A stretch of DNA of 64,000 bases from Candidatus Bathyarchaeota archaeon (lineage in GTDB: Archaea; Thermoproteota; Bathyarchaeia; Bathyarchaeales; DTEX01), in the NCBI GenBank assembly GCA_018396635.1, contig JAGTQE010000005.1, positions 11,325-75,324 of the forward strand, written 5' to 3'. The notes beneath the pieces are model-generated. The model saw only the letters and a list, made by a program, of their open reading frames with translations, made no database searches and was not told the origin of the DNA. Shown piece after piece: positions 40,044-50,288 of the stretch. Numbering within the stretch: position 1 is the first letter of the stretch; the number at the start of each line of letters is the position of its first letter. Made by a program: the position numbers and the translations under genes.

Positions 40044-40814
40044 ATGAGCGGCCCTTTCAAATGGCCTGAAGGGAAAAAGCTGGCCGTCTCTCTAACATTT
40101 GATGATGGTCTACCTTCCCAGCTAAAATTTGCGGCGCCATTGCTTGAGAAGTTCAACATTAGGGCCACCTTCTACGTAAATCCCAGAGGGGAGGATTATA
40201 AGAGTTTTCTTAAGCCCTGGAAGGATATGGCTGATCGGGGGCATGAGATAGGCAATCATACCCTTACACATCCATGCTCCTGCAATTTTCAGGTTTACAG
40301 GAGGGAGGGCTTACAGAACCCCAGATGCCTAGAGAACATGAGCCTTGAAGATATAAAGGCGGATATCCTTGAGGCGCATAGGAGGATTAGAGAAGTTATA
40401 CCTGAGGGAAGCAGGACATTTGCATATCCATGTTATCAGACTTATGTAGGTAGGGGGAAGACTAAGAAGAGCTATGTGCCGATAGTTGCCGAAACCTTTC
40501 TAGCTGCTAGGGGTTGGGGTGAGCCCGTATGCGCCAACTCCCCCCTACTATGCGATTTACATGAGTTGTGGTCTTGGCCCGCCCATAGGATGAGCTATGA
40601 GGAAATGATAGGGTTGGCCGTTAAATCTTCATATGAGGAGAGATGGGCAATATACACATTTCATAACGTTAATGGCGGCTATCTATCAGTCTCAGACTAC
40701 GATCTAACAGGCTTTCTAAAGTTTCTGAAAGACCATGAGGATGAGATATGGGTTGCACCCGTATGCGAAGTCGCTGAATATATATTAGAGGAGCGGGCAA
40801 AGTTAGGTCTCTAG
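40044..40814 (+). CDS. Polysaccharide deacetylase (NodB/CE4 family)
   Basis: SLTFDDG, HEIGNHTLTHP, FAYPC. Confidence 0.85.
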   Translation: MSGPFKWPEGKKLAVSLTFDDGLPSQLKFAAPLLEKFNIRATFYVNPRGEDYKSFLKPWKDMADRGHEIGNHTLTHPCSCNFQVYRREGLQNPRCLENMSLEDIKADILEAHRRIREVIPEGSRTFAYPCYQTYVGRGKTKKSYVPIVAETFLAARGWGEPVCANSPLLCDLHELWSWPAHRMSYEEMIGLAVKSSYEERWAIYTFHNVNGGYLSVSDYDLTGFLKFLKDHEDEIWVAPVCEVAEYILEERAKLGL

Positions 40815-40862
40815 TACTTCAGTCACAGCGATTAACTGTTTTTTATACCTTTCCCTTGATGA

Positions 40863-41741
40863 TTAATAACTATTTAAATTCGCATAGTCGCGATAATATT
40901 CGTCAATTTCATCTTTGGATAGCTTTCCCTTATGCAGCAGAACCCTATACTTGAATTTTACTGAGCCTCCCCTATCTATCTTCATGCTTCCATCTAGACT
41001 CTTCCTTCCCTCAAAATGTGAGAGACCAAGGCAGTTGGCTGCAAAGAGCCCATAGGCCCTAACATGCCAGTATGTGGGGTGTCTGGGGTTGCTTGGGTGA
41101 TCCAGAACAGTTATTCCAGCAACCTCTCCATCAATTTTACCGGTGTAATCGCACCATTTAGCCCTCTTACCCCAACATTGGGGCTCACCTACACCGCCCT
41201 CGGAGTTCATTATAACTCCATTGCCTATCGACTCCCTCATGCTATCTGCGACCCTAAATGCTATTATTCCACCCTCTTTAGTATCACCCAAAATAACGTC
41301 ATCATAATCGGCTTGAAATCTCACCTCATAATCTATAATTCTTATGTTGCCCAAGGTTTTCCAGAATATTACCGTTTTATATTCGCTCATAAGTTTAATG
41401 CCAACGTTAGAGACCCATAAGTTTACGGAGCTCAATATACATTTATCCTCATCCAGAATTATTGTTGGGTTATCTACGCATTTTATGAAGCCGGCTTTCG
41501 GCCCCTCACTCCACAGATCCTCGCCATTAACATTGCCGTGCGCAGTCCACATAGACCTGTGGTGTATGTGGTCTGGCGGTCCATCCCTAGTCACTAGGAT
41601 GTTGCCCGGAGCATAAATGGGGTAAAAGTATGGCTTGCGGAGATCCTTGCTATACCTATATGCCGCTATCAATACATTGTCTTCCAGTATCTCTAGGAGA
41701 CCCCTACTAACCAAACGTGTGGAGAAAACCATTTTAAGCAC
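40863..41741 (-). CDS. DUF6807 ('PmoA family') putative carbohydrate-related protein
   Basis: KPYFYP, DHIHHRSMW, WCDYTG, DHPSN, WHVRAYG. Confidence 0.7.
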   Translation of the reverse strand: MLKMVFSTRLVSRGLLEILEDNVLIAAYRYSKDLRKPYFYPIYAPGNILVTRDGPPDHIHHRSMWTAHGNVNGEDLWSEGPKAGFIKCVDNPTIILDEDKCILSSVNLWVSNVGIKLMSEYKTVIFWKTLGNIRIIDYEVRFQADYDDVILGDTKEGGIIAFRVADSMRESIGNGVIMNSEGGVGEPQCWGKRAKWCDYTGKIDGEVAGITVLDHPSNPRHPTYWHVRAYGLFAANCLGLSHFEGRKSLDGSMKIDRGGSVKFKYRVLLHKGKLSKDEIDEYYRDYANLNSY

Positions 41742-41745
41742 CAGC

Positions 41746-42573
41746 CTAATATTCCCTAAAAAACTTCTTAAGATTTTCCAGGCTCATCTTTATCGCCCAG
41801 GCAGGATTTTCTTCCCTTCTAAGGATCTCCACCGATATATACCCCTTAAACCCTATGCTCCTTAATCCCCTAACAACAGCTTTATAATCGGCGGATCCAA
41901 AACCAGGTCCACCCATATTGTCATCGTTAGCGTGAAAATGCATGAGGTATGCTCCACCCTTCTCTATCTGCCTATCTATAGGTTCATTGGTACCCGTCAT
42001 TGCATAGACATCCAATATGAGCCTAAAGTTTGGGCTGCTGACCTCCTCAATGAGCCACACAGCCTCATCAACAGTATTTATAAAGTTTGTCATCTCTCTT
42101 CTAAGCGGCTCTATACATATGTAGACGTTATGCTGCTCAGCATACATGGAGCATCTCTTAAATATCTCTACAGCCCATCTCCAGGCATCCTTTGGATCTA
42201 CGCCTTCCGGTATGCTCCTCTGGTGTGGTGAGCCGAGCACTATGATTCTGCCCCCAATATCGCTGCAGAAGTCTATGAGCGCCCTAAGATAGGCTTCGGT
42301 TCTCTCCCTCACAATGCGGTCAGGGCTCGTTAAGTGAACTCCTCTAACGCCCCTAAGAACCCAGTGTATTCCTATGACGTCTAAGCCGAAGCTCCCAGCC
42401 TCCTCTCTAATGGCTTCCCTAGTCTTCCTACTTATATCTGTAACCCGCTCAGCTATCGTGTATGGCGCTATCTCGATTCCCTCGTAACCAATCCTAGAGG
42501 CGCATTCAAAGATCTGTTTGAGGCTCCATCCCTCAAATATCTCATTACACACAGCAAATCTTGGGGTACTCAT
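41746..42573 (-). CDS. Sugar phosphate isomerase/epimerase (D-psicose/tagatose 3-epimerase-like)
   Basis: CIEPL, ILDVYAM, HFHAND, ISVE. Confidence 0.82.
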   Translation of the reverse strand: MSTPRFAVCNEIFEGWSLKQIFECASRIGYEGIEIAPYTIAERVTDISRKTREAIREEAGSFGLDVIGIHWVLRGVRGVHLTSPDRIVRERTEAYLRALIDFCSDIGGRIIVLGSPHQRSIPEGVDPKDAWRWAVEIFKRCSMYAEQHNVYICIEPLRREMTNFINTVDEAVWLIEEVSSPNFRLILDVYAMTGTNEPIDRQIEKGGAYLMHFHANDDNMGGPGFGSADYKAVVRGLRSIGFKGYISVEILRREENPAWAIKMSLENLKKFFREY

Positions 42574-42615
42574 CTAAACCACGCTAAAATGAACCTTTCC
42601 ACATCTCAGCTCTAA

Positions 42616-43635
42616 TTAAACCTCCTCTATCTTTACGGCTTTCCCTGTCTTAGAGGATTCGTATATGGCGTTAAGTATAAGAACGCTTTTTAACCCTTCT
42701 CGCCCATCAACGATCGGTTTTGTGCCTTTTCGGATGGCAGCCACCATATCCTCAAATATGTTAAGGGGCCTATCCTCAGGAAGACTTATGGAGTCAAGGA
42801 TTGATTGATCTCCATCTTTCAAATAGAAGAAATCTAGTTTCCCATCCTTCCATATTAGAGAACCCCTGTCGCTGTTAACCTCTATCCTAGTTCCAAGGTT
42901 AGGTATACTTGAAGTCGTTGTTGTAAGCGTCCCAAACGCCCCATTCTTAAACCTTAAGACAGCCACGCTACAGTCTTCAGTCTCTATATTATGTGTGAAT
43001 GTTCCAGACAATCCTTGGACTAAATCAACTCCACCCATCCACCACTGAACTAAATCTATAAAGTGTATACCTTGGTTAGCTGCGGATCCGCCTTCATATA
43101 GTCTACTGCTTCTCCATCCTGGAGGATATCCACCCTTATAGTATGCTTCATCCCTAAACCACTTCATTAGAACATCGACTAGAAAGACCCTGCCAATTAA
43201 ATTCTGTTGGATTGCATAATAGATTTTCTGGTTGAGGGGCTGATATCTTAGCTCAAAGTCAACGGCTAAGACAACATTAGCCTCCTCAGCCTCCTTGATT
43301 GCTAAGCGACACTTCTCCGCATCTATATCCATCGGTTTAGTCACAAATACGTGCAGCCCTCTTCTGATGGCCTTTAGAGCGTGATCCATGTGCATGCCGC
43401 TAGGAGTGAAGACCCCGACACAGTCTATGTCCTCCTTCTCTAGCATCTTATCGTAATCCGTATACCAGCGGCACTTGAACTCCTCGGCGATCTTCCTAGC
43501 CCTATCCTCCTGTAGATCACATACAGCCGATAATATTGCGCCCCTAGATTGAGTACACTGCTTGGCTTTGCTATAACCGACCCCTAAACCCAATATACCG
43601 AATCTAACTGGTTCAATAAAACCCATATTCTTCAC
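42616..43635 (-). CDS. Gfo/Idh/MocA oxidoreductase
   Basis: GILGLG, TPSGMH, TKPM, NQGIHFID. Confidence 0.88.
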   Translation of the reverse strand: MKNMGFIEPVRFGILGLGVGYSKAKQCTQSRGAILSAVCDLQEDRARKIAEEFKCRWYTDYDKMLEKEDIDCVGVFTPSGMHMDHALKAIRRGLHVFVTKPMDIDAEKCRLAIKEAEEANVVLAVDFELRYQPLNQKIYYAIQQNLIGRVFLVDVLMKWFRDEAYYKGGYPPGWRSSRLYEGGSAANQGIHFIDLVQWWMGGVDLVQGLSGTFTHNIETEDCSVAVLRFKNGAFGTLTTTTSSIPNLGTRIEVNSDRGSLIWKDGKLDFFYLKDGDQSILDSISLPEDRPLNIFEDMVAAIRKGTKPIVDGREGLKSVLILNAIYESSKTGKAVKIEEV

Positions 43636-43720
43636 CTACTAACATTAAGGTAAGCGAAGATTTATGCAAATATGCCTTCTAGGAAAACCTTTATTTTAAT
43701 ATTACCAATTCTTTTGCTGG

Positions 43721-44500
43721 GTGTGCAGCTTGAAGTTAGGTCTCGTCACGTATAATTTGGCTAAGGATTGGAGTCTTGAGAAGATCATTGATTTATGTAG
43801 CCGAGCAGGCTTTGAAGCTGTTGAGCTTAGGACAACACATGCCCATGGCGTAGAGCCCACTATAAGTGCTGATGAAAGGAGGAGGGTTAGGGAGCTCTTT
43901 GAGAGCTCGCCTGTTAAGCTTCTTAGCTTCGGCACTGTCTGCGAGTACCACTCTCCAGAGAGGAGCGAGGTTGAGAGGAATATAGAGCTGACAAAGGCTT
44001 TTGTTAAGCTTGCCTACGATACTGGAGCCATTGGCGTTAAAGTTAGGCCTAACAGGCTTATGGAGGATTATGGTATACCTAGGGAGAAGACGATAAGGCA
44101 GATAGGTAAGGCATTAAAGGTATGCGGGGATTATGGAAAAGAGTATGGTGTGGAGATATGGCTTGAGGTGCACGGTTATGGTACAAGCGACCCGAAGTGC
44201 ATAGGGGACATAATGGAGATAGCAGACCACCCATATGTGGGAGTATGCTGGAACTCTAACTACACCGATATAGTCGACGGATCAATATCATACGGCTTTA
44301 ATCTACTCAGGAAATGGATAAAATCTGTGCATATCCATGAACTCTACGATGAGAAATATCCCTATAAGGAGCTATTCACCCTACTTAAGGGGGCGGGATA
44401 CCAAAGGTACTGTTTAGCCGAAATACCCGAAAGCCCTGAGCCTGAGAGAATAATGCGATACTACAAGGCTTTATGGAGCGAGATGATAAGAAATATATGA
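43721..44500 (+). CDS. Sugar phosphate isomerase/epimerase (xylose-isomerase-like TIM barrel)
   Basis: VELRTTHAHG, WLEVHG, CWNSN, SVHIHE. Confidence 0.8.
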   Translation: MCSLKLGLVTYNLAKDWSLEKIIDLCSRAGFEAVELRTTHAHGVEPTISADERRRVRELFESSPVKLLSFGTVCEYHSPERSEVERNIELTKAFVKLAYDTGAIGVKVRPNRLMEDYGIPREKTIRQIGKALKVCGDYGKEYGVEIWLEVHGYGTSDPKCIGDIMEIADHPYVGVCWNSNYTDIVDGSISYGFNLLRKWIKSVHIHELYDEKYPYKELFTLLKGAGYQRYCLAEIPESPEPERIMRYYKALWSEMIRNI

Positions 44501-44565
44501 TGGAGCTAAAGCACATGCTTCAGTCTCAAATTTTCACAACAGACAGCTGCAACAAGTCCGCCCAC

Positions 44566-45555
44566 ATGAAAAGCGAAACCCCATCTGCGGGCACGGCGCT
44601 CGTTACTGGCGGAGCCGGCTTTATTGGAAGCCATCTAGTCGATAGACTCATCGCCGATAGTTTTAGGGTTCGAGTTGCAGACAACTTCAGCAGCGGTAGG
44701 CTTGAGAATCTTCAGCGCCATAAGGGTGAACGGCGCCTCGAGATTTTAAACGCCGACCTAAAGAACCCGCTGATGGCGATGGAGGCGGTTAGAGGCGTTG
44801 ACACAGTCTTCCATTTTGCAGCTAACCCTGAGGTGCGTGTTAGCACGACGAATCCAGAGACCCATTTCAACGAGAATATTCTTGCAACGTTTAATCTGCT
44901 TGAGGCTGTAAGGAAGACTGGTGTTAAGGAGCTTATTTTTGCATCTTCTAGCAGCGTCTACGGTGAGCCGGATACTATACCAGTTGGTGAAGATGCTTCG
45001 GTAAAGCCCGTTTCAGTGTATGGCGCAAGTAAGGCTGCATGCGAAAACCTAATATACGCTTATAGCCGTCTCTACGGGATTAAAGCCATCGTACTGAGAT
45101 ACGCTAACGTTGTTGGGCCGAGGCTTAAGCATGGCGTCGTCTATGACTTCATAGTTAAGCTGCTAAGGAGCCCGGACAGCCTAGAGATTTTAGGTGATGG
45201 GATGCAGTTGCGAAGCTACATTTATGTATCTGATGCTATAGATGCCACCATAACTGCCTGGAAGAAGACCGTGAGTGCTTTTGAAGTCTATAATGTTGGG
45301 AGTGAGGATTGGGTAAGCGTTAATGAGGTTGCCGATATCATTATGGAAGTTATGGGGCTTAAAGATGTTAAACGTGTATATAAGCCGGTACTGCATGGCG
45401 TAGGTTGGCCTGGCGACGTTAAGCAAATAGCCCTATCAATTGAGAAGATTAAGGCCCTAGGCTGGCGGCCAAAAATGAGGAGCAGAGAGGCGCTGGCTGA
45501 GGCTGTGAGGGGAATTCTAGCTGATCTCAATATTAGAAAGGGGCCATCTTCCTAA
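44566..45555 (+). CDS. NAD-dependent epimerase (UDP-glucose 4-epimerase-like)
   Basis: VTGGAGFIGSHL, ASSSSVYG, YGASK; start uncertain (track starts at 44473). Confidence 0.88.
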   Translation: MKSETPSAGTALVTGGAGFIGSHLVDRLIADSFRVRVADNFSSGRLENLQRHKGERRLEILNADLKNPLMAMEAVRGVDTVFHFAANPEVRVSTTNPETHFNENILATFNLLEAVRKTGVKELIFASSSSVYGEPDTIPVGEDASVKPVSVYGASKAACENLIYAYSRLYGIKAIVLRYANVVGPRLKHGVVYDFIVKLLRSPDSLEILGDGMQLRSYIYVSDAIDATITAWKKTVSAFEVYNVGSEDWVSVNEVADIIMEVMGLKDVKRVYKPVLHGVGWPGDVKQIALSIEKIKALGWRPKMRSREALAEAVRGILADLNIRKGPSS

Positions 45556-45639
45556 GGCCTAAGATGACCTTCTCCAAATGAACCTTTAGAATTAAGATTT
45601 CAGTAGCGCCTAAAAAGGAGCGGATTAGTTAATTTAATA

Positions 45640-47262
45640 GTGCGTGGTAGGTTAGGCTTGGGGTTGAGCCGCGCCTCCCTTATATCTCTGCCGCTCATAA
45701 TCGCCTTAGCTCTCAGGCTTTATCCATCTTTAATGAGCCAGCTGCCATTCTCGACAGATTCCTGGCCGCTCATAAGAAATGCAGAGGTTCTTTTGGAGCA
45801 CACACCAGTAAACTTAGAGGAAGAGATATTCGATGGATACAATAATTATTGGCCCTCTAGCAGCATATTCGGCGCAGTAGTCTCGCTAGTTACTGGTTCA
45901 AGTCCTATGGCCGCTATGGCCCTAGGCATACCGGCCGCAGCCGCGCTTGCAATACCGTTATTCTACACGCTTACATGCAGGTTCTATGGAAAAATCTCTC
46001 CAGCCTTCATTGCATCAATAATTTTGGCCACCTCATTCCCATATGCTCTGTCAACAGCTGGCGCTATCAAAGAGACTTATGCCAGCCCACTACTCATGTT
46101 GCTCGTCCTAATTGTTCTGAGCTCTTGGGGTTGGAGGGGCGCTGCGCTCTTTGCGATATCTTCAGCGACTTTAGCAATGACCCATCATCTAACATCTGTG
46201 GTGGCGCTGGCGGCTTTGGCTTTCATGATGCTATCAGATAGTCTTAAAAGGTTTCTTAGGGGCATGGTTTTGGAGCGGCTCCGCCCCACGCTGACATTTA
46301 TGTTGGCCACTTCGATAGCGCTACACTTTCTGTTGTATGCATATAGAGGCTTTAAGGTAACCTTAACATTAAATGATTTTATCACTGTAATCTCATATCA
46401 GGTTGTAGCATTCGCATTCGCACTTTATGTGGCGCGTTCCTCCGAGGGAGGGATTGGATCATGGAGGGGGATAAAATGTTTTTTAGCCGCAGCAATACCT
46501 ACAGTAGTCCTTACACTCTGCACGTTTAGGCGAATAACTCCTGATGCTCCGATGCTCCCGAGAAGATATATAATTTATGGATTGCCATTCGCCGCATCTG
46601 CACCCCTAGCTCTTATTGGGTTCTGGGAGCTTAAGAAAGCTGGTGGGGGTTACGCGAAGCTTGAGCCTCTCTTCTGGCTGGCGTCTGTTCTTGGTTTTGA
46701 GATATACGCCGTGTTTGGAGGTCCCCCTGTAGGTCTAACCTTAGCGTATAGAATGATAAACTTTATGTGGCCTCCGCTGGCTATGTTATGTGGCTATGGG
46801 GTTTATAGGCTGCTCTCGGCCGGTAGGCTAGCCGCCAAGATATTTTCAGCCACATCTATAGTGTTGATGGCCGTGCTAGGATGCTACAGCAGCTATGCGG
46901 CAACTATCGTTGGGGAGCGCTATATGGGTTACTTCTGGCTCTATAGGGCTCAGGAGTTTAGGGCAGGTGTTTGGATTTCGAGTCTATACAATAATAGAAC
47001 TGTCTTTGGAGATGTGAAGTACGCTTATCTTTTAAGAGGGTACTTCGAAGTAAAATATAATGAGTTTCAGGGTCTACTGTACTTGTCTGGATTAGATAAA
47101 TCGAAGCCAAGCATACTCATAACTTATGATTTAATGAGTAGAAACGGCTATGTTATTTATGGTGGATATAGTGTAGATTTGCCCCTTGGGTGGGTTAAAA
47201 GGCTCCATAATTTAAGCCTCATATACTTGAATGGTGTGGTGAACATTTATTTAGGAGACTAA
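45640..47262 (+). CDS. Polytopic membrane protein, possibly GT-C-fold glycosyltransferase-like
   Basis: About 13 TM; acidic first loop (FSTDSW); THHLTS; soluble C-terminal domain; follows an epimerase. Confidence 0.5.
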   Translation: MRGRLGLGLSRASLISLPLIIALALRLYPSLMSQLPFSTDSWPLIRNAEVLLEHTPVNLEEEIFDGYNNYWPSSSIFGAVVSLVTGSSPMAAMALGIPAAAALAIPLFYTLTCRFYGKISPAFIASIILATSFPYALSTAGAIKETYASPLLMLLVLIVLSSWGWRGAALFAISSATLAMTHHLTSVVALAALAFMMLSDSLKRFLRGMVLERLRPTLTFMLATSIALHFLLYAYRGFKVTLTLNDFITVISYQVVAFAFALYVARSSEGGIGSWRGIKCFLAAAIPTVVLTLCTFRRITPDAPMLPRRYIIYGLPFAASAPLALIGFWELKKAGGGYAKLEPLFWLASVLGFEIYAVFGGPPVGLTLAYRMINFMWPPLAMLCGYGVYRLLSAGRLAAKIFSATSIVLMAVLGCYSSYAATIVGERYMGYFWLYRAQEFRAGVWISSLYNNRTVFGDVKYAYLLRGYFEVKYNEFQGLLYLSGLDKSKPSILITYDLMSRNGYVIYGGYSVDLPLGWVKRLHNLSLIYLNGVVNIYLGD

Positions 47263-47694
47263 GCCTATAATCGCCGATAACCTCTTTGGTTAAGTTAGGC
47301 TTAGATTCTGCTACGATAAGGTTTCCAGCTAAATATATGCTGAGGGCACATGAACCGCGTTCTACACCTCCTAAAGACGATAATATTTTCAGGTTTATGA
47401 CGGGTTTCTCAGCTTCACTTCTCCGCCTAATGCTTTCAGATCTTATGGCGACCGCTCTGCCCAATAGGTCAGGCGTGGGCCGTATTTGCGTTAATCTATA
47501 GGCTTAAACTCGGCTGGCGGCGCATCAACCGCTAAGATTTTGATGGCTGCCTTTAAGGTAGATGTAGCGTGGATATTTAAAGCGTGGGTTCAAACCGAAA
47601 AGAAAAATAGAAACCCAAACAAAAACAAAGCAAGAATTATACAGGATTCTTACTCAAAAACAGCCAAAAATACGCCTAAAATGAGCAAAATGAT

Positions 47695-47852
47695 TGGCGC
47701 CGGGGGTGGGATTTGAACCCACGCGGCCCAGATTGGGCCACAGGCTTTCTAACACTTCCCGGTCTCCAGGCCTGAGCTTGTATTTATCTCTCTTTTATGA
47801 TCTGCTCCCTACCGGATTCCCCGCCGCTGTTTTGGCTCTAGGAGACCCCGGC
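47695..47852 (-). tRNA. tRNA-Ser(GGA) with three introns and encoded CCA
   Basis: Removing 47817-47837, 47772-47801 and 47747-47763 gives a 90-nt cloverleaf: GCCGGGG/CCCCGGC, CAGGC-CTGGAGA-GCCTG, long variable arm, GTGGG-TTCAAAT-CCCAC, GCCA. Confidence 0.93.
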
Positions 47853-47898
47853 TCCAAGATATATCTTTATTTGTGTTAGTCTATTTAAACTGTTTGAT

Positions 47899-48923
47899 TT
47901 ATTTCCAGAGTTTAGGATATGTTCCTCTGGGCATTAGGACCCTGTCTGTTCTAACCATTATTCCGTGGGTGGCTTTCAGGATTTCCTCCGTGCTTGCTAT
48001 GGCCGTTCCGAGGGCTACTGCCTCACCCTTCAGTGTGAATATGGCGACTTTATCGGAGGGCTTTATTCCAGACTCCACATGCGTTATTCCGGGAGCAGTT
48101 AAGTGTGCGCCGTGACAAACAGCGTCTACGGCTGAGTCTCTAATGAAGATTTTAGGCATGAAGTCAAGGGCTCTCTCCATTGGAAGAATAAATTTCCTGA
48201 GTATCTTTATGTCATTTGTCTCAAGCCACTTATTGTAAAGGTATAATGTATCGTGTAACGTAACTATATTATTCTCAGTGAATGGGCCGGCTCTTATTCT
48301 GCGCAGCTCATGCATATGTGCGCCGCAACCTAAAGCTCTGCCTATGTCAAATACGAGCTTCCTAATGTATGTTCCAGCCTCGCATCCAACCTTAAACAGG
48401 ATGTTTCTGCCCTCTATCTCCAATATGTCTAAGTAATAGATTGTTCTTGTGCGCAGAACTTTCTTTACTGATGCCCTAGCTGGTGGCCTCTGATAAATTT
48501 TGCCCTTAAACTCATCGAATACTTCCCTAATTCTCCTCTCTGACATATCCTTATGGAGCTTCATCACACCAACATACTCTTTGCCAGCTATTAGTAATGC
48601 TTGTATAACCTTGGTTGCCTCCTCTAGGGCTATGGGCAGAACGCCGGTCACTTTGGGATCTCCACGCCAATAATCTAAGCTAGGGGCTGTAAGGGCTCTA
48701 GGGTCCCTCCGTGACCGGCATGCTCAATATTTAGTATGCGTTTAACCCATGCTGTAACCTCATGGCTTGATGGACCTGGCGGCTTGTCCAAGTTTATTAT
48801 GCCGAATTTTATTATGTCTGGGTATGGGCGTTCCTCAGGCTTACATCCATACCGTGGGTCTGTCTCATCATCAGACTTTGTTAGCAGCTCCCGCTTTACA
48901 TCCCATGGGGCCTTTTCCTGCAT
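47899..48923 (-). CDS. cbf5: H/ACA pseudouridine synthase Cbf5, two exons (48923-48698 and 48659-47899)
   Basis: DKPPGPSSHEV...GHGGTL[D]PKVTG is restored after removing 38 nt; spliced length 987 nt (328 aa); GTYIRKL; PUA domain. Confidence 0.95.
48660..48697 (-). other. 38-nt BHB-type intron in cbf5
   Basis: GGGA-CCCT-AG|A-GCC...GGC-GTGG-AG|A-TCCC; contains an in-frame stop. Confidence 0.9.
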
Positions 48924-48945
48924 TCTATCCCACCATTAGAATAAT

Positions 48946-49242
48946 TTAAGTCTGGGCTTTTGCTTCCCTAACCTCCTTAACCTGCATATATTCCTCGAGC
49001 ATTCCAGATTCGACTAGAGCTTTATAAACCTCCTCATCAGACGCCCCTCTTCTTACCTTCAGAACCTTCTCCGTTGGTTTTAGATGGTTTATGTTGACGC
49101 GTCTCCGCCTAACTCCAGTAACATTTTTTGGGCCGGTAATAAGTACAAAATTTTTATCTATTATGTCGAGTATTACGCATCGCCTGCCAGACTCCCTACC
49201 TCTAACCTTAACGCAGACCCTGCCAATCTCTATTGCCGGCAT
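48946..49242 (-). CDS. rpl14e: 50S ribosomal protein L14e
   Basis: MPAIEIGRVCVKVRGRESGRRCVI...TGVRRRRVNINHL. Confidence 0.96.
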   Translation of the reverse strand: MPAIEIGRVCVKVRGRESGRRCVILDIIDKNFVLITGPKNVTGVRRRRVNINHLKPTEKVLKVRRGASDEEVYKALVESGMLEEYMQVKEVREAKAQT

Positions 49243-49295
49243 TTAACATCACCAACCTTCCCTCTTCTTTCAAGTAAACTCTGACTTATATTCGT

Positions 49296-50156
49296 TTATC
49301 TAAGCCTAGGCGATTTTACGGGTTTCTCCATTAAGAGCCTTTTTTCTCCGCGAGTCCCATCCCTGAAGTGTGGTTTTCTGAGAACTGAATCGCCACTCTT
49401 TTCGATTTCTCTAACTTCGTCTGCTAGTCTAGCGGCTACCCTCATAATTTCATGTGCTGCTGCGACCAGCGGGATATATTCTTCAGGCTCATGTAGCTTA
49501 AAACAAGCCTCAAAAGTTATGTTAGAAACTTGCTTGGCGAGCTCATATGCCGCTATAGCTTTGGCCTTAGCGTAGGGGTTCGAGAGGCCCGCTGCTTCAA
49601 CTGCCCGCCTACTGTCAACTATTAATTTCGGTAATGGAGGCTTCTCGCCATATTTTATGGCATTAATAGCCTTATCCAGCTCTTCGACAATAATATTTAG
49701 TACTCCTGTCACAGCTAAGACCCTTATAATGTCAGAGTTATATAGAGCCATCTCAACGGGGTCGAGAAACTCTCTCCTCGCACCTATCATTGAGTCTGCT
49801 TCAACAATTATGTATCCAAAACCATATTCTTCAAGCTCTTTAATAATTCTCCTTGCTGGGCTATCCGATATTACTATAACAGGCTTGTTAGAAGATCTAA
49901 GAATCTTGCGCGCTTCAGCCGGTCCTTGAGTTGTCTGCGCCGGCCCAATAAATATTATTAAGTCGATATTCATCTTCAGAATATATTCCGCCCCCTCAAT
50001 GCAAGCTTCTGGAGTGACCTTAGAGCCGGAGCCGACAACCTTAACTTGAATATCTTCCCTATCAGCCCTTTCATCGAGAATGAACTCCAGTAGCGGTAAA
50101 GAGCCTAAGCAGCCAGCTTTTAACACTCCAATTTTAACGACTTCGCTCATACTCAT
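49296..50156 (-). CDS. mtd: F420-dependent methylene-H4MPT dehydrogenase
   Basis: LDERADREDI, GSGSK, DSMIGARREFLDPVEMALYN, AAAHE. Confidence 0.92.
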   Translation of the reverse strand: MSMSEVVKIGVLKAGCLGSLPLLEFILDERADREDIQVKVVGSGSKVTPEACIEGAEYILKMNIDLIIFIGPAQTTQGPAEARKILRSSNKPVIVISDSPARRIIKELEEYGFGYIIVEADSMIGARREFLDPVEMALYNSDIIRVLAVTGVLNIIVEELDKAINAIKYGEKPPLPKLIVDSRRAVEAAGLSNPYAKAKAIAAYELAKQVSNITFEACFKLHEPEEYIPLVAAAHEIMRVAARLADEVREIEKSGDSVLRKPHFRDGTRGEKRLLMEKPVKSPRLR

Positions 50157-50288
50157 TCACCACAATGTTAATAATGATGCCATTAATGCTACAGGCCTAT
50201 TCCTATTAATATTTTTCTTAAACTATAACGCTTCTATGAAACACGCTTAAGTTACAGAAAGCATCTCCTAAATATGGAGACAATAGTT

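Noticed and set aside
40863..41741. 'PmoA family' label suggesting methane monooxygenase
   Set aside because: Soluble protein without TM helices in a sugar cluster; it does not resemble particulate MMO.
47219..47690. Short ORFs and several CTGA words downstream of the tRNA
   Set aside because: No recognisable protein features and no properly spaced C boxes.
44473..47695. Possible island integrated at the tRNA-Ser 3' end
   Set aside because: No duplicated tRNA 3' end (att site) and no integrase seen.
47694..47879. 61-aa ORF MAPGVGFEPT…
   Set aside because: Antisense translation of the tRNA gene.
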